Positions 1-9,074 of a stretch of DNA of 54,541 nt are shown one piece after another (position 1 is the stretch's first letter; each line of letters opens with the position of its first letter). Source of the DNA: a virus (Duplodnaviria; Caudoviricetes); the IMG/VR virus record IMGVR_UViG_3300021420_000043, positions 1-54,541 of that record; one strand, given 5' to 3'. The notes below the pieces were generated by a model. It saw only the letters and a list, made by a program, of their open reading frames with translations, was not told the origin of the DNA and did not search any database. Position numbers and translations under genes: made by a program.

Positions 1-954
1 GGGCCAGAACGACACGATCGGCACCAAAGAGCCTGCCGTGCCAGTGCCGCCAACAAGCGTTGCGGTCGGCGCGGACGAATCGTAACCGGAGCCGCCAGTC
101 TGAATCACTGGCGTACCCAGCACCCATGCCAACGTGAAGGTGGAGTTGATGCCGACGCCAGTGGTCGAGGTCTGTGCCACGGGATTGGCGGGAGCCGCAT
201 GGCCGGCCAACACCTGGCCGCCGTTGACCAGGCTGAACGTGACGATCGCGCCGGACGTTACGGTCAAGACCTTGATCTGCACGCCGTTCGACAGTGTCAC
301 GATGTCATTGACGACGTGACCAGAACCGCCAACGCCAAGGGTTGGCGTTGCCGTCACGGCCAGGACCGGTTCGGCCGTGGCTTGGATGCCAGTGGCCGAG
401 AATGGCGCTCCGATGATGATCGCGGACGGACAAATCGTATAAGGACCGCCAGGCGTGACGGTAAAGCCGATCACGCCTTCGGTGATGTTGTCGTACACCT
501 CCGGAACCTGCGAACCCAAGGTGACCACGGCGCGCATGGAGTTGAGCAGCGAGCCATTGCCGATCGTCAGGCCAACCGCATTGCCGCCCGAGCCGGTATA
601 GAGCGAACTGAGCGTGAGGCAATTGGTCTGCACCACGGCGGCTGCCGCGGTATCGGTGCCATCGGTGACGCGAACGCAACGGAACACCTGGGCGCCCTGC
701 AGCGTCGCGGCGTAGATCGCGGTGCCCATATCGTATTTGCGCGGCGCCGGATTGCCGAACGTCACGGTGTAGCCCTGATAGCCGCCGATGATTTGCGGAA
801 CGTTGGTCGGACCCCATGACGCGGTGCCGACAAAGCCGACGATATTCGACGGCACGCCATTGATCAAAAGCTGCGGCGGAATGATCTGGACAATCAGGTC
901 CGGAACGTTCAGCGCCGCGAGATTGATTTGGCCTTGCTGAATAATTTGCGGGAT
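1..954 (-). CDS. Tail sheath protein, N-terminal part (runs off window; apparent ATC start)
   Basis: Manual translation gives PQIIQQGQINLAALNVPDLIVQIIPPQ...VGTASWGP...GAQVFRCVRVTDGTD, typical of proteobacterial myophage sheaths. AAGGAG lies 8 nt before ATC. Absent from the ORF track. Confidence 0.85.
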   Translation of the reverse strand, partial: MPQIIQQGQINLAALNVPDLIVQIIPPQLLINGVPSNIVGFVGTASWGPTNVPQIIGGYQGYTVTFGNPAPRKYDMGTAIYAATLQGAQVFRCVRVTDGTDTAAAAVVQTNCLTLSSLYTGSGGNAVGLTIGNGSLLNSMRAVVTLGSQVPEVYDNITEGVIGFTVTPGGPYTICPSAIIIGAPFSATGIQATAEPVLAVTATPTLGVGGSGHVVNDIVTLSNGVQIKVLTVTSGAIVTFSLVNGGQVLAGHAAPANPVAQTSTTGVGINSTFTLAWVLGTPVIQTGGSGYDSSAPTATLVGGTGTAGSLVPIVSFWP

Positions 955-974
955 GGCACGTACTCCTTGTAATC

Positions 975-1003
975 TTGAAAAAAATGTGTTGATTGATTAC
1001 ATT
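975..1003 (+). promoter_or_regulatory. sigma70-type promoter for a leaderless HNH gene
   Basis: TTGAAA-17 nt-TACATT, 6 nt before ATG 1010. Confidence 0.55.
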
Positions 1004-1009
1004 CAGGTC

Positions 1010-1711
1010 ATGAGCAAACTCTGCCCGAAATGCCACCAAGTGAAAGACGTAAATGCGTTTGGTTGCGACCGGCAGTGTGCTGACGGTCTAAAAGTATGGT
1101 GCAAAAAGTGTCGAAAACGCTCGCGCGCAAAACATTATCAAACCAACAGAACACGCATCATCGCGCAAACCACGTCCTGGCAACAATCCAACCCTGAAAA
1201 GGTCGGAGCCATCCAACGGCGATGGAACAAAAAACATCCAGCCAAGCGCGCACAAATATCGCGCAATTGGTTCGAGGCCAATCGCGAGACATGGGCAGCG
1301 AGCCGCAAGATTTACAACAAGGAATATCGGCGCGACAATCCAGAACGCATCAAAGCTATTGAACACACCAAACGAGCTAAGCGTTTAACTGCCGAAGGTT
1401 CCTACACTGATGCTGATATCAAGCGACTATACAGCCAACAAAACAGCCGCTGCCGGTATTGTCCAACGTCGCTCAGCGATACATATCACGTTGACCACTG
1501 GTGGCCGCTGGGGCGCGGCGGATCAAACTGGCCGGTCAATCTGCAATTGCTTTGCCAACCGTGCAATCAGAGAAAGTCAGACAAGGACCCTATAGTGTTC
1601 GAGGCGTCAATCGGCTTCACGCCACCGCCGAATCTACCGCAAACACGTCGAACCAAATCTGCGGCGGCGTGCTTTCAAGATCGCGCGGCTCAAGCGATGG
1701 CACAAACTTGA
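1010..1711 (+). CDS. HNH endonuclease, antisense to the late operon
   Basis: N-terminal CxxC...CxxC. C-terminal CRYC...HVDHWWPLGRGGSNWPVNLQLLCQPCNQRK. Confidence 0.9.
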   Translation: MSKLCPKCHQVKDVNAFGCDRQCADGLKVWCKKCRKRSRAKHYQTNRTRIIAQTTSWQQSNPEKVGAIQRRWNKKHPAKRAQISRNWFEANRETWAASRKIYNKEYRRDNPERIKAIEHTKRAKRLTAEGSYTDADIKRLYSQQNSRCRYCPTSLSDTYHVDHWWPLGRGGSNWPVNLQLLCQPCNQRKSDKDPIVFEASIGFTPPPNLPQTRRTKSAAACFQDRAAQAMAQT

Positions 1712-1925
1712 AGCCGCCTTTGCGCGCCATGGCGTAGATATCGGGACAGTGTCGCCGCACCAGGTCGGCCAGGCTATCGCCGCAAAATACCGGCTTGCCG
1801 GTGATGGCGTCCTGCAACGCGGTGCAGAGTTCGATATACAACTCGGTGCCGCATTGCATCACAGCGACCCTGGCAGGCGGCTTGGTCGGCAGCGAGATGG
1901 CAACGGCAGGCTCCGGCATTTTCAT
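1617..1925 (-). CDS. Hypothetical protein
   Basis: ATGA-coupled to the upstream ORF; 3' end overlaps the HNH gene. Confidence 0.5.
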   Translation of the reverse strand: MKMPEPAVAISLPTKPPARVAVMQCGTELYIELCTALQDAITGKPVFCGDSLADLVRRHCPDIYAMARKGGFKFVPSLEPRDLESTPPQIWFDVFAVDSAVA

Positions 1926-2179
1926 GCTTGAGTGTCCGCACGCGTCACGATCGGACCGAGCTTGACCGGCGCCGCAGCCGACAGCTTGTCTTTACGCGCC
2001 GCGATCTCATCATCGGTGCGGTGAAAATCGCCGCTGACGTGTTCGGGGTGCGGGATGCGCTGCACCACGTTCTGGCGATACTCGCTTTGCAAAATCTCTG
2101 CGACCTCTGCCGCGTCGGAAATGAGCGCGCCGCGAACATATTTCTTGAACGGATTGACGACTGTGAGATGCATCGACAT
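1922..2179 (-). CDS. Small conserved-type protein upstream of the sheath gene
   Basis: MSMHLTVVNPFKKYVRGALISD; GGAG RBS; position. Confidence 0.65.
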   Translation of the reverse strand: MSMHLTVVNPFKKYVRGALISDAAEVAEILQSEYRQNVVQRIPHPEHVSGDFHRTDDEIAARKDKLSAAAPVKLGPIVTRADTQA

Positions 2180-2203
2180 GGGCGCGTTCTCCAAAAGCAA
2201 AAG

Positions 2204-3088
2204 TCAAAAATTGCTGGTTACGGTTGGGATATCGTCGGGGATCGGCAGTTCGCCAATGCCTGCTTGCACGCTAAGACCAAACACGCCGATCTCGTATCCT
2301 GGCGCCGTCAACGTGGTCGCGTATTCGACCCAGAAAAACATGTCGCGCCGATACAAGCCCTCGGTCTGCACCGAGTCGCTGGACATGGTATGGTCATAAT
2401 AGATGTGCGCGTAGGTCTGATCCGGCAGCACGATGCGAATGAGTTGGCGAAGGTGCGGCCCAACGAGGGCGGCAACGGCGGTGCGCCACAGATCGGCATC
2501 GGCCAGTTTGACAGTCGTGGGCGGCGCCCAGACCGTGACCTGAAACGATTTTTCCTGGCGGCCGACCTCTTGGATTTGCGTGCCGGCCGCGGCGATGCGC
2601 GCCTGCACCGGCATGCCTGTCGGAATGATGATAGTGTGGCCGCTTGATGTCGTACCGGCAAACTCTGCCGCGATCAGCGTCGCCAATGATGAACAAATCG
2701 ATGTTAAGGTATCGCTGGGCTGGACCGCGTAATTGAACACGTTGGTCTGGCCGACCAGGATCAAGACATTCTGCGGCACCGCTACAATGCCACCGATCGT
2801 CACGACGTTGAGCGCGCTCACGCTGGCGGTCAGCGTATGCACAGGCGGCGTTTGCGTGATCCAGATCGGCGGGTAGCGCGTGGTGTTGCGCTCGACACCG
2901 GAGCGCGCCGACACCGAGACGTTGACGAAATTATTGGCCTTGGCTTCCTCTTGCGCGCCGACGCTGGGCCAGCCTCGCATCACCTTGCACGGCACGTTGG
3001 CCGCACTCGGCAACGAGGTGCCGTTCGGATAGAGGACGGTCGCGATGAGACCGACTATGGTTGACTCCACGTCAGTTTCATCAGCCAT
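2204..3088 (-). CDS. Neck / tail-completion protein (putative)
   Basis: 294 aa; synteny between head-closure and sheath genes. Confidence 0.6.
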   Translation of the reverse strand: MADETDVESTIVGLIATVLYPNGTSLPSAANVPCKVMRGWPSVGAQEEAKANNFVNVSVSARSGVERNTTRYPPIWITQTPPVHTLTASVSALNVVTIGGIVAVPQNVLILVGQTNVFNYAVQPSDTLTSICSSLATLIAAEFAGTTSSGHTIIIPTGMPVQARIAAAGTQIQEVGRQEKSFQVTVWAPPTTVKLADADLWRTAVAALVGPHLRQLIRIVLPDQTYAHIYYDHTMSSDSVQTEGLYRRDMFFWVEYATTLTAPGYEIGVFGLSVQAGIGELPIPDDIPTVTSNF

Positions 3089-3145
3089 CGCGATAACCTT
3101 TGCCTTATAAACACCGCGTGACTTTATAACCTATAGCTTATCGCC

Positions 3146-3505
3146 TCACACGTAGAGCAGGTTGGCGTAGAGGGTGTAGCCGAAATTGTTGTCCCAGTTC
3201 GGCGCCACGATCTTGTAGCGCAAGCCCGTGTCATCGATGACGATATCGTTGGTCAAGATCAGGCCCAGCGCGATCGGACCGGCGACAGGAATGCTGATCT
3301 TCCATTGCGACAGCGGGGAATCGGTCGGCAAGCCGGCAGGATCACCACCGCCGCTTCGATTGTAGATAATGCTGCACAACACATTGGCCACGATCAAACG
3401 TTCGTTCTGCGGCGTCACGCCGGAGAACGGCACCTGGCCAACTGCAGGAACGGCAGGCACGCCGGGGCGCTTGACGGTGCAGAGCCGTGGATATAACAGA
3501 CTCAT
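3146..3505 (-). CDS. Head-closure / head-tail joining protein (putative)
   Basis: About 120 aa, beta-rich, DIVIDDTGLRYKI motif; synteny. Confidence 0.6.
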   Translation of the reverse strand: MSLLYPRLCTVKRPGVPAVPAVGQVPFSGVTPQNERLIVANVLCSIIYNRSGGGDPAGLPTDSPLSQWKISIPVAGPIALGLILTNDIVIDDTGLRYKIVAPNWDNNFGYTLYANLLYV

Positions 3506-3605
3506 CACTCACCTGCCGGATCATCGCGCGCTATTGGTTCCTCGCTATCCCAGTAATCTGGATCGAGCGGTAGGTCCGGGGTTATCATTTTTGATAACAT
3601 CGATG

Positions 3606-4520
3606 TCAGATGAACGCCGTGATGCGATACATGTCGATCATGGCGCGGGTATCGTTGTCGAGCATGGAGGCGGCAAAGCGCGCGATCTTGTTCTCGCTGG
3701 CGCTAAAGCTCGATACCTGGCCGGCCATTTCCGGCACCTTGTTCTGCGTTGAAATAATGTTCGCCGTCGCCTGTTTGATAGCTGCGGGCAATCCGGCCGC
3801 AGACCAGCCAGACACATAGCGCAGCCGGACCTCTGAAAAATATGCTTCATAGATTGAAGCTGGAATCCAAATCTCGCGTGTCGTTTGCGACACCGATGTT
3901 TGATTGATGGCGAACGGAATCCACATCGGCGGACCGCCAAACGCCTGAATCGCAACGAGCAGGTTAATCTCGTTGAACATGCCGGTGACTTGATCTGAGC
4001 GCCGACCATAAGCGCAACGACCCATGCCGGACAGGACGCGTACCGGAGGCCGGCCGACGCGCATGATCGAGCGCTTGGCCGGCAACGGTCTTTCCTCGAA
4101 AATGGTCAGGCCGGTTTCCAGTTTCACACCAGCCAAGTGGGCTGTCGAAACGCTGGCCAACGTGATCGAGCCGGTCGCCATGGCCGAGATCGTGCAGGCT
4201 TCGGTGCTTGCTGGATTGGTGCGATCAAGAATGACCACGTCGCCGATCATATCGTTATAGACGGGCAACTGCACCGTGAGCGGCACCACGACGTTGATGC
4301 CAGGCGCGACGGCGCCGGCCGATTGAAACATCATCTGCGGCGATGGGTTGGCCATGTAGCATGGCAGGCCCAAGTAATCCGGCATACAGATCAAGCCTTC
4401 CGGCCGGCGCAGATAGGCATCGATCAGCACGGAAGCCGCGATGATCTGCGCCTGTGTCGTAGCACCGGGCAAGCCATAGGCGGCCAGGTCCGATGGCGCG
4501 AGATATTGCGACAGCGGCAT
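3606..4520 (-). CDS. Head-tail adaptor protein (putative)
   Basis: AASVLIDAYL N-terminus; VRLRYVSGW...LPAAIKQA C-terminus. Confidence 0.7.
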   Translation of the reverse strand: MPLSQYLAPSDLAAYGLPGATTQAQIIAASVLIDAYLRRPEGLICMPDYLGLPCYMANPSPQMMFQSAGAVAPGINVVVPLTVQLPVYNDMIGDVVILDRTNPASTEACTISAMATGSITLASVSTAHLAGVKLETGLTIFEERPLPAKRSIMRVGRPPVRVLSGMGRCAYGRRSDQVTGMFNEINLLVAIQAFGGPPMWIPFAINQTSVSQTTREIWIPASIYEAYFSEVRLRYVSGWSAAGLPAAIKQATANIISTQNKVPEMAGQVSSFSASENKIARFAASMLDNDTRAMIDMYRITAFI

Positions 4521-4535
4521 GACGCGCGCCCTTCC

Positions 4536-4937
4536 TTAGTGCGCGCTGAGCAACGCGGCGAAATTGGTCAAGTTGGCGATGGTCGAGCTTGAGGTGTTGG
4601 TGACCTGGATTTGAAACGAGGCGAACGGATGGCCATCACTCACGATCAACGCCGCGGCGGTCGCCGCGACCAGAGCCACGGTCGGCGGACTGGATTCGAT
4701 CAGCACCGTTCCGGCATCGTCGGCGAAGCGCAGAATATTGATGGCGCCGGCCTGACTCGATGTGACGCCAACGACCATGTCGTAGTAGCCATCGGCAGAG
4801 ATCAGGCCGGATGTCCAATTGCCGGACTTGGCAACCGTCGCCGGCATGCCGGCTTGCGCCGTGGTCAACGCCAGTTCGGCCTTGGGGCCGTGCGCCATGA
4901 TGGTCTGAAATTCGCCGGGACTTGTCTGTCGTACCAT
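4536..4937 (-). CDS. Hypothetical virion protein
   Basis: 133 aa ORF with AAGGA RBS in the head cluster. Confidence 0.7.
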   Translation of the reverse strand: MVRQTSPGEFQTIMAHGPKAELALTTAQAGMPATVAKSGNWTSGLISADGYYDMVVGVTSSQAGAINILRFADDAGTVLIESSPPTVALVAATAAALIVSDGHPFASFQIQVTNTSSSTIANLTNFAALLSAH

Positions 4938-4985
4938 CGGCGTGGTTTCCTTTTGTGAAAAACGATGAACCGGCGTGAAAAACGA

Positions 4986-5582
4986 TTAACCGGCGATGGC
5001 GTGCGCCAATGAGCCGAGCAACGATGAGCCGGTCGCCCTGATCAGGCGCGACTGCGAGACCTGACCGGTATTGAGCAGCCAGGCGCCGAGTTGCGCCGGG
5101 ACCTCGGCGCGACCGTGCGCAAAGATCACCTCGAATGTCACGGGCTGGTTGTCGTGATCTTTCCATTCGGCCGGACAGTCGTTGGCTGACACGACGCTCG
5201 CCGGACAGACGTAAAGAATGTGCTTGGCGTTGCTGCGCGCCTTAGCGCCGTTGAGATAAACATGCATGATCGACCTCGCTGTTGAGCGTTGCAAAGAGAA
5301 CGTCTTGCGCCACTGGCCGAAACGCTCGAAAGTCACGTAGCGTCCGGTCCAGCTTGCGGAATTGATCGCGCCGCTCAGCGTCACGTCAGCCATGCCGTGC
5401 GCGCGATAGATGCGAGATGGCAGCCAATTCCAGGCCGCCGTCGCGATGAAATGGTATGTCGGTTCGCCGGGCGGCGCGTCGCGCGGCCACAGCGCCAGCG
5501 ACACGCTGGCATCAAGCGGCGCGGTCATGACCGAACCGGGACGGCCAAGGTACAAAATACCCAGGCCGAAACGGATCAGCAT
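4986..5582 (-). CDS. Hypothetical protein; internal start at 5267 likely
   Basis: ORF track; GAGGT RBS before in-frame ATG 5267 (MHVYLNG). Confidence 0.55.
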   Translation of the reverse strand: MLIRFGLGILYLGRPGSVMTAPLDASVSLALWPRDAPPGEPTYHFIATAAWNWLPSRIYRAHGMADVTLSGAINSASWTGRYVTFERFGQWRKTFSLQRSTARSIMHVYLNGAKARSNAKHILYVCPASVVSANDCPAEWKDHDNQPVTFEVIFAHGRAEVPAQLGAWLLNTGQVSQSRLIRATGSSLLGSLAHAIAG

Positions 5583-5890
5583 GACCGCGCCTTTTGCTTT
5601 GTGTCACAAGGAAATTATCGCGGGCCGGATCGACGCCGGCTCTCAGTCGGATCACGGATCAGTTCGCTTCGGGAACGCACCACCGCGCCCCTGGCAATCC
5701 CCGGATCGTTTGACCGAATCCACGGATGGCGTTCGTGAGGTGTCGCGCTCGAACCCAAAAAAGGTGTAAGAGCATCCACGCTCGCCGCGAGTCCGGGACG
5801 CTTGGCGACCCGGCGCAATTTGTTGTGTGCGAAAATCCCCTTTTTCAGGGTCTTTTCGCACATGTAACTTTCGCGTACCTTGGGTACGCG

Positions 5891-6913
5891 TTAGCGCGTG
5901 ACGGCAACGACCATGTGGGCGTAGCTGGGACCCTTGGCGATGATCGTGTCGAACTTGGCCGCGACGTACTGGCCCTGCAATCCGGCCAGCAAACCAAGCT
6001 GGAAGATGCGGGGTTTCGGATTGCCGTCGCCGCCGTGAATGAACGGCATCTCGATGGCTTTCTCGGTCACGATCGCGGCAAAGTAGTTGTTCTTGCCGGA
6101 AGGCGGCGCAGCAAAACCGTACTGAGCCGCGGACGCGGACGGAATCCACTTTTCCGAAATCAGCGGCAGGCGGCCGGCCTGGGTATTGAGGCCGGAGACC
6201 TTGACGCCGGCACCGACATCGACCTCACCGAGATCGATATGCTGTGCCTTGGCTTCGCGATCGATGAGATCACCAAGCACCGGATTGATGAAGATGCCGG
6301 TCGGCATCACATCAAAGTCGGTGCGCGCCACCATGGCGGCCACGACCGATTTGAGGCCGTCGATAATCGATGCGCCAAGACCGATGGTCGATTGCGCACT
6401 GATCTGGGTCAGGATGCCCATGTACTGTTGCGTGGTCGGGGCCGACAGCGAGGTGTCGTTGCCGTTCCACACGTTGGCGGCCTGCAGGCGCACGATCGCG
6501 TTGACCGCGTCCTGGATGTCCTTGGCTTCCAGATAGGCGAACTGGCCCTGCTGGCGCGTGACATCGACATCGAACAGCGACAGGTTGGTCTGTGCCGTCA
6601 ACGCCTTGATGAAGGCCGCATTCTCGATGCGGGTCGGGCCGGTCGGAGTCGGCGCGATGTTGCGCGGATCGGCAAACGTCGCGGTGCCGATCGCGGTTTC
6701 CTCGAAGTAGCGGTGAGGGTGGCCCGTGGCGGGCTTGTTATCGATCCGATTCAAGAACAGCGAAGATCGCGCCACGATATCGAAGATTTCCGGCTCGTAG
6801 CGATTGATTTCAATCGCGCCGTTGCCGAGGAAGTCGGCCGCCGCGCTCATCTGTCCGAAGTTGGACAGACCCATCGTGCGCGGATCGGCGAACACTGCTC
6901 GCAGGTCCGTCAT
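5891..6913 (-). CDS. Major capsid protein (HK97-fold, putative)
   Basis: 340 aa directly after protease/scaffold; capsid-like segments such as VWNGNDTS...YMGILTQI; AAGGA RBS. Confidence 0.85.
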   Translation of the reverse strand: MTDLRAVFADPRTMGLSNFGQMSAAADFLGNGAIEINRYEPEIFDIVARSSLFLNRIDNKPATGHPHRYFEETAIGTATFADPRNIAPTPTGPTRIENAAFIKALTAQTNLSLFDVDVTRQQGQFAYLEAKDIQDAVNAIVRLQAANVWNGNDTSLSAPTTQQYMGILTQISAQSTIGLGASIIDGLKSVVAAMVARTDFDVMPTGIFINPVLGDLIDREAKAQHIDLGEVDVGAGVKVSGLNTQAGRLPLISEKWIPSASAAQYGFAAPPSGKNNYFAAIVTEKAIEMPFIHGGDGNPKPRIFQLGLLAGLQGQYVAAKFDTIIAKGPSYAHMVVAVTR

Positions 6914-6942
6914 GTCGAAAAGTCCTTTGTGAAAAGAGGAAT

Positions 6943-7025
6943 GACCGCGTCTTGAAAAAATGGACGCGGTCGATCAGCGGGCAGCGCGCCCGCTGTGATC
7001 AGCGAATGAAAAAAGCCGCTGACGT
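6943..7025 (-). promoter_or_regulatory. Hairpins and T-run between the scaffold and capsid genes
   Basis: GACCGCGTC/GACGCGGTC and CAGCGGGC/GCCCGCTG inverted repeats; T7 run on the minus strand. Confidence 0.4.
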
Positions 7026-7045
7026 TGGAAAGCGACCGATCGCGA

Positions 7046-8542
7046 TTAGTCGATCAGCCCGGCGTGCGCCAGGATCGTCTTGATCTCGATGCGCCGGCCT
7101 GGATCGCAATTCGCGAGAATTGCGGTCAGTTTATCCGGAGCAAGCTTGCCACCCTTTTCGGGGACATCGACGTGATGCTTGGCGAGCAACGCTGCAGCTT
7201 CACCGGATTTGACAGTCTTTCGGTCCGGTGCCGCCGCGGCGGTGGCCGCTTTGGCAGTGAGATCGGCGATCGTGGTCTTGGCCGATTCCAGTTCGTCTTT
7301 CAGGACTTTCTCGGTCTTGACTGCCGCCGCCTTGAGTTCGGTGACAGTGTCGTCAAGTTTCTTGGTCAGCGTGGCCGTGACCTTGTCGGTCTCGACCTTG
7401 ACAGCCGCTTCGTTGCCGGCGCGCGTGTCGGCGGACGAATACATGGAACCGCCATCGAAGATGTGCGGCATCTTGCCTTGCACCGCATCGGCGCGCATGC
7501 AGCCCGCCATGTTGCGCAGCACCGCGGCATGACCGCGGCTGGGATGACCGCCGATACCGGCGTCGTCCATCTTGTCGGCTTCCTTTTCGACCGCAACGGC
7601 GTGCGGCTCGACCTTGCCGATCAGGTTGGCAGCGGCGATCTTTTCCGGAGCCTTCTGCAGTTCGGCAAAAGCAACCTGAATCTCGCCGACCGACTTGGCA
7701 ACCGGCGCGATTGCGCCCACTGCCGCCTCGATCTGTTTGCCAAGCGCGTCGAAACGTTCGATTACGTCCTTATCCATCTTAAAATCTCCGTTGGCTTTCG
7801 CCGCAATGGATGTTGAGTGATAGGCGGCCTTATCCTTGAGCAGGATCGCAGCGCCAGTGAATACGCAATCGATGATCGGCACCGGGTCTCCGTCAGGATC
7901 ATCAGTCAACAGGTCGCGAGCCTCGAAAGAAAATCCGAGTGCGTCCTTGTTTTTCTTGATCTCTGCGGCAAGATCGGGAAAATCAGCGGCGTAGATAAAG
8001 CCTTTGATACGAATTGAATTCCCATCGATGGTGGCGCCGGTAATCACGCCGATTTTCGCCTGCGGATCGTGGCCGGCGAAACCAGCCTGATAATCGACGG
8101 CCATACCGAGCAAGGAATCCAGTGCCCGTTCGGCGGCTTCCTTCGTTATGGTGACGCGCCGACCGCCGCTCCCTTCCGGGGCTTCGTCGCTTGGCTCGCC
8201 AATTCTGGTCAAGACGCCTGAGAACGGCATCTTGTTGACATGCGGCTCGTTCGGAATATCGAGCGAGCGCGCGTTGATCGACAGCGCCGGGACCTGTTGG
8301 GCCTCCCATTCGCTGGTGTCGATATCGCATTTATGGGCGTGCGCCAGAATGCGGCGCCGGCCTTCGGCACGTTCGACCGCGGTCAAACCGCGGCGCTGTT
8401 CGATCATGCCCCACGACATCTTGATGTGTCGCGCGTCGTGAATCGGCAATGCCCGCTTGCCAGGGACGGCAAAATCGTCAGCGCCCAGCGCGTCGCGTTT
8501 TTCCTTTGTCAGGACCTCCGCGTCGATCTGATCGATCTGCAT
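7046..8542 (-). CDS. Prohead protease-scaffold fusion with N-terminal DUF6582-like domain
   Basis: RDALGADDFAVPGKRALPIHD N-terminus; GHDPQAKIGVI...LGFSFE...FTGAAIL protease-like core; coiled-coil C-terminus. Confidence 0.75.
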   Translation of the reverse strand: MQIDQIDAEVLTKEKRDALGADDFAVPGKRALPIHDARHIKMSWGMIEQRRGLTAVERAEGRRRILAHAHKCDIDTSEWEAQQVPALSINARSLDIPNEPHVNKMPFSGVLTRIGEPSDEAPEGSGGRRVTITKEAAERALDSLLGMAVDYQAGFAGHDPQAKIGVITGATIDGNSIRIKGFIYAADFPDLAAEIKKNKDALGFSFEARDLLTDDPDGDPVPIIDCVFTGAAILLKDKAAYHSTSIAAKANGDFKMDKDVIERFDALGKQIEAAVGAIAPVAKSVGEIQVAFAELQKAPEKIAAANLIGKVEPHAVAVEKEADKMDDAGIGGHPSRGHAAVLRNMAGCMRADAVQGKMPHIFDGGSMYSSADTRAGNEAAVKVETDKVTATLTKKLDDTVTELKAAAVKTEKVLKDELESAKTTIADLTAKAATAAAAPDRKTVKSGEAAALLAKHHVDVPEKGGKLAPDKLTAILANCDPGRRIEIKTILAHAGLID

Positions 8543-8574
8543 GATCTTGAAATCCCCGGATTAAACGCGCCGCT

Positions 8575-9036
8575 TCACGTCGCAACGTGTTCGATGGCCG
8601 CGCGCAATTCCTCGGACACTGATTGCTCGATCGCGGTGACCGAGTTGCGGAAGTCGCCGATCGCGCTTTGCATACGATGCAGGAACGCGTGCAATTCCGG
8701 CTCAATGCTGGTCGAGCGCAGATGCTTGGTCAGTGCCTGCGAGACCACGCCAGCATGATTGAACATCGCGCCGATGCCAACCAATGTGGCGCCGACCGAC
8801 GCTGCCGGATCGACAAAGTCGCGCCGGTCTGGCGGGGCGGCGGCGGGTTGTTCGATCTCATCGTCATCGATCTGATCGGACGGCAGCGGATCATCGGCCA
8901 CGGGATCGGCCACAGGATCAGCCATCGGATCGGCCGAACCGGTCGCTGGCGAACCTGGACCGGCTTCGGCAAGTCGGAAGCGCTTCGGCTCCGGATCGTC
9001 GCCAGCGATGTCGGTTTGTTTGTCTGCTTGGTCCAC
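8575..9036 (-). CDS. Acidic hypothetical protein
   Basis: GGAGG RBS before GTG; ADP repeats. Confidence 0.65.
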   Translation of the reverse strand: MDQADKQTDIAGDDPEPKRFRLAEAGPGSPATGSADPMADPVADPVADDPLPSDQIDDDEIEQPAAAPPDRRDFVDPAASVGATLVGIGAMFNHAGVVSQALTKHLRSTSIEPELHAFLHRMQSAIGDFRNSVTAIEQSVSEELRAAIEHVAT

Positions 9037-9074
9037 TGTTCATGCCTCCATGATGTGAGTCATGGCCGCCGCCG

